Shown piece by piece: positions 12,458 to 14,203 of a DNA stretch of 14,203 nucleotides. How positions within the stretch are numbered: the first letter of the stretch is position 1; each line of letters opens with the position of its first letter. Both the position numbers and the translations under genes were made by a program. This DNA is from a virus. Location: IMG/VR virus record IMGVR_UViG_3300045988_123958, one strand, 5' to 3'. The notes below the pieces were generated by a model. The model had not been told where the DNA came from. It ran no database searches and was given only the letters and a program-made list of their open reading frames with translations.

Positions 12458-12589
12458 AGTTGATTTACCTCTTTCTTTTTGATGATACAAGTATAACACA
12501 TGGCTACTGGATTGTCAATAGTCATTTTGCACAAATGTGATGGCGTAGTTTCGGGTATTTTGACGATTGTGCATTATGACGAAGTTTTG

Positions 12590-12650
12590 GCGAGAAATTT
12601 GTGCAAACTGCTGATTTTTATAAAACTCGGCTCGCCACTGCCGCCAGCGA
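12590..12650. other. Cassette-like remnant F: TTTGTGCAA motifs and a 10-bp GC stem ctcggctcgc/gcgagccgag
   Basis: Partial homology to the left part of cassette E (aaatttgtgcaa...aaaactcggc). No flanking promoters. Confidence 0.35.
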
Positions 12651-12835
12651 GCCGAGCAACGTTTACTGGGGTGTTTGTGTGGGATGGGGTTGTGCGTTCC
12701 GCGAAAGAGCGAGAGTAAGGCTGGTATACTCTCAGAGAATAAACGAGTTAGAACCTTATAGATGGGGGGTGTATTTCGGGAAAAAATTTTTTTTGATTTG
12801 TGTTTTTTCTTTTGCGTGGTCAAAACGCAATCTAA

Positions 12836-12991
12836 ATCAATTTTCAATTTCAAATTACGAAGAATAATTTAAATTTACTATAATCAATTTTCAATTTCAA
12901 ATTACGAAGAATAATTTAAATTTACTATAATCAATTTTCAATTTCAAATTACGGTTTAAAACAACAAATCAATTTTCAATTTCAAATCACG
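12836..12991. repeat. Iteron-like array: four direct copies of ATCAATTTTCAATTTCAAAT(T/C)ACG (24 bp) at 12836, 12883, 12930 and 12968; the first two spacers are identical
   Basis: Periods 47, 47 and 38 bp. AT-rich. Sits exactly where GC content drops. Identical spacers argue against CRISPR. Confidence 0.7.
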
Positions 12992-13109
12992 AAACAAAAT
13001 AATAATTTTAAATTACGATTTCTTTTTTCTACCTCTTTTAGGCTTCTCACCCCACATAAGAGTGTATAATCCAGAAGTAGCAGAATAAGTAGCTTTCTGC
13101 TGATACTTT

Positions 13110-13505
13110 TTAGCAACTGCCTTCAAGGGGCTGAGTGGTTTCCGCATTTAATTTTTCCTCCATATATTCAATTAATTTATCTTTATATTTACAACTATCA
13201 ATATATCTATTAATAGTATTCATATCATATTTTTCCATTAAGTGTTCTAATACATATTTGTATTTATTTAACTGGTATTCTTCTTGTTCTTCTTTGGTGC
13301 TTAATTGAGCCTTTTCCGCGTCTGATAAAGGTCTGTAAGTAATCGTTCTTGATCCATTATCCTTTTGCTCGATACGTATTGTTTTAAATAATTTCCAATC
13401 TCTTACAAAAGGGTCTTTATCTCTTGTTGCGTTAAAATATTCTTGTTCTAATCTAAATATTACCGCATCTATCCCTCTTACTTCAAAAGGCTGGTTCCAT
13501 CCCAT
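13110..13505 (-). CDS. hypothetical protein (131 aa) in the AT-rich module
   Basis: Internal ATG with SD GGGAGGA, 8 nt, ATG. Overlaps the end of 13483..13722 by 23 nt, so the two are probably coupled. Confidence 0.45.
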   Translation of the reverse strand: MGWNQPFEVRGIDAVIFRLEQEYFNATRDKDPFVRDWKLFKTIRIEQKDNGSRTITYRPLSDAEKAQLSTKEEQEEYQLNKYKYVLEHLMEKYDMNTINRYIDSCKYKDKLIEYMEEKLNAETTQPLEGSC

Positions 13506-13722
13506 CTTCAATATCCTCCCATTCAAATGTTCCATCATCTAATTCATACACAAATGCTTGTTTATAGAATGATGAAACAATTCCATCATTTGCAATTCCT
13601 TTTGGACTATTTTTCGTATCATGAAAACAATTATAAACAATTAATCCTTGCGTTTCATATCGCGAAAAATCTACTGCTCTTCCTTCAAAGTCATAGTTAT
13701 AAAATATATTTAACAATAGCAT
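13483..13722 (-). CDS. hypothetical protein (79 aa)
   Basis: ORF only. Weak start signals. Composition matches the AT-rich module. Confidence 0.3.
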   Translation of the reverse strand: MLLLNIFYNYDFEGRAVDFSRYETQGLIVYNCFHDTKNSPKGIANDGIVSSFYKQAFVYELDDGTFEWEDIEDGMEPAF

Positions 13723-14014
13723 ACACTCATATTGCGCGATTGGCCATTTATTTAATTCTTTTTGCTAATTTGCCATTTTTTGATATAATACCCAAAAAGC
13801 TTTTCTATATAACCATAAAAAAAGGAGTGATGCTACTAATGCACAACTCAATAATACAATAAAAATAATTTCCATAAATACTCCTTTTCTTTTTCTTATA
13901 ATAATAATAAAATAAAAAATAAGAAATGTCAAGTCGTGGAGCGTGATTGGGCAAAAGTTATTTGTTTTGTTAAAAAAATTTTTAAATATAAAAAGAAAAA
14001 ATTTTAAATGAAAC

Positions 14015-14043
14015 TTGACAAAAAAAATTTTTTCGAGTATAAT
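14015..14043 (+). promoter_or_regulatory. sigma-A-type promoter, TTGACA-17-TATAAT, the only strong plus-strand gene promoter
   Basis: TTGACA 14015-14020, TATAAT 14038-14043. SD GGAGGT at 14057-14062. Confidence 0.6.
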
Positions 14044-14067
14044 ATAAATATAGACTGGAGGTAAAAA

Positions 14068-14203
14068 ATGATAAAACTTGATTATTCTTTACAAACTCCA
14101 GAAGAAAGAAATCAATTAGTCGAACAAATTTTGGCTGATAATCCAGATCCGCCTGAAAAGTATTTAGAAATTTTAGCAGACTATTTGGTTCTTTGTATGG
14201 AGA
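14068..14203 (+). CDS. hypothetical protein, N-terminal 45 aa only (MIKLDYSLQTPEERNQLVEQILADNPDPPEKYLEILADYLVLCME...), runs off the window
   Basis: ATG 5 nt after GGAGGT. Open to the window end. Position right after the iterons and a promoter would suit a replication initiator, but nothing in the sequence identifies it. Confidence 0.45.
   Translation, partial: MIKLDYSLQTPEERNQLVEQILADNPDPPEKYLEILADYLVLCME

Noticed and set aside
902-12768. Homopolymer tracts (C8 at 903-910 in the hairpin-A loop; G7 at 12762-12768)
   Set aside because: Could be slipped-strand sites but are single occurrences in non-coding DNA with no gene-phase consequence. Noted only.
12836-12991. CRISPR array
   Set aside because: Repeats are 24 bp but two spacers are identical, the phasing is irregular (47/47/38), and there is no leader or cas context. 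Iterons fit better.
1-14203. tRNA or rRNA genes
   Set aside because: No GTTCGA-type T-arm or cloverleaf-compatible segment found by eye. The GC hairpins are too short and lack acceptor/anticodon geometry.

Overview
Phage-like early or host-takeover region: about 12.8 kb at roughly 47% GC (estimated by eye), then a sharp switch near 12.8 kb to an AT-rich, iteron-bearing module. A lytic phage of a Bacillota (Firmicutes) host is the best guess, but there are no database hits to back that up.

Almost everything real is on the minus strand. I count 28 short minus-strand genes (37-258 aa, several under 60 aa and absent from the ORF track). Nearly every gene or gene pair has its own near-consensus sigma-A/sigma-70 promoter (TTGACA-17 bp-TGnTATAAT/TATACT), a long purine-rich SD (GAAAGGGG / AAAGGAG) and often a hairpin right after the stop.

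Recognisable products:
- DEDDh (DnaQ-like) 3'-5' exonuclease
- HAD/NT5C-type 5'(3')-deoxyribonucleotidase
- SpoVT/AbrB-family regulator (points to a Bacillus/Clostridia-type host)
- T5orf172 / GIY-YIG-like domain protein
- a diverged paralog pair, plus several tiny membrane peptides

Structure that the genes do not explain:
- a five-times repeated intergenic cassette: bidirectional terminator, a strong leftward promoter whose +1 region is a GC hairpin, and in three copies an equally strong convergent antisense promoter that predicts a ~110-nt plus-strand RNA
- an array of promoter-only inverted-repeat modules at 2.7-3.1 kb
- a 27-nt identical leader element shared by the exonuclease gene and an unrelated gene
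- a palindromic 30-bp element upstream of two promoters
- four 24-bp direct repeats at the composition boundary, followed by a consensus plus-strand promoter and the only plus-strand gene (partial)

All functional calls come from motif recognition by eye; no searches were possible.
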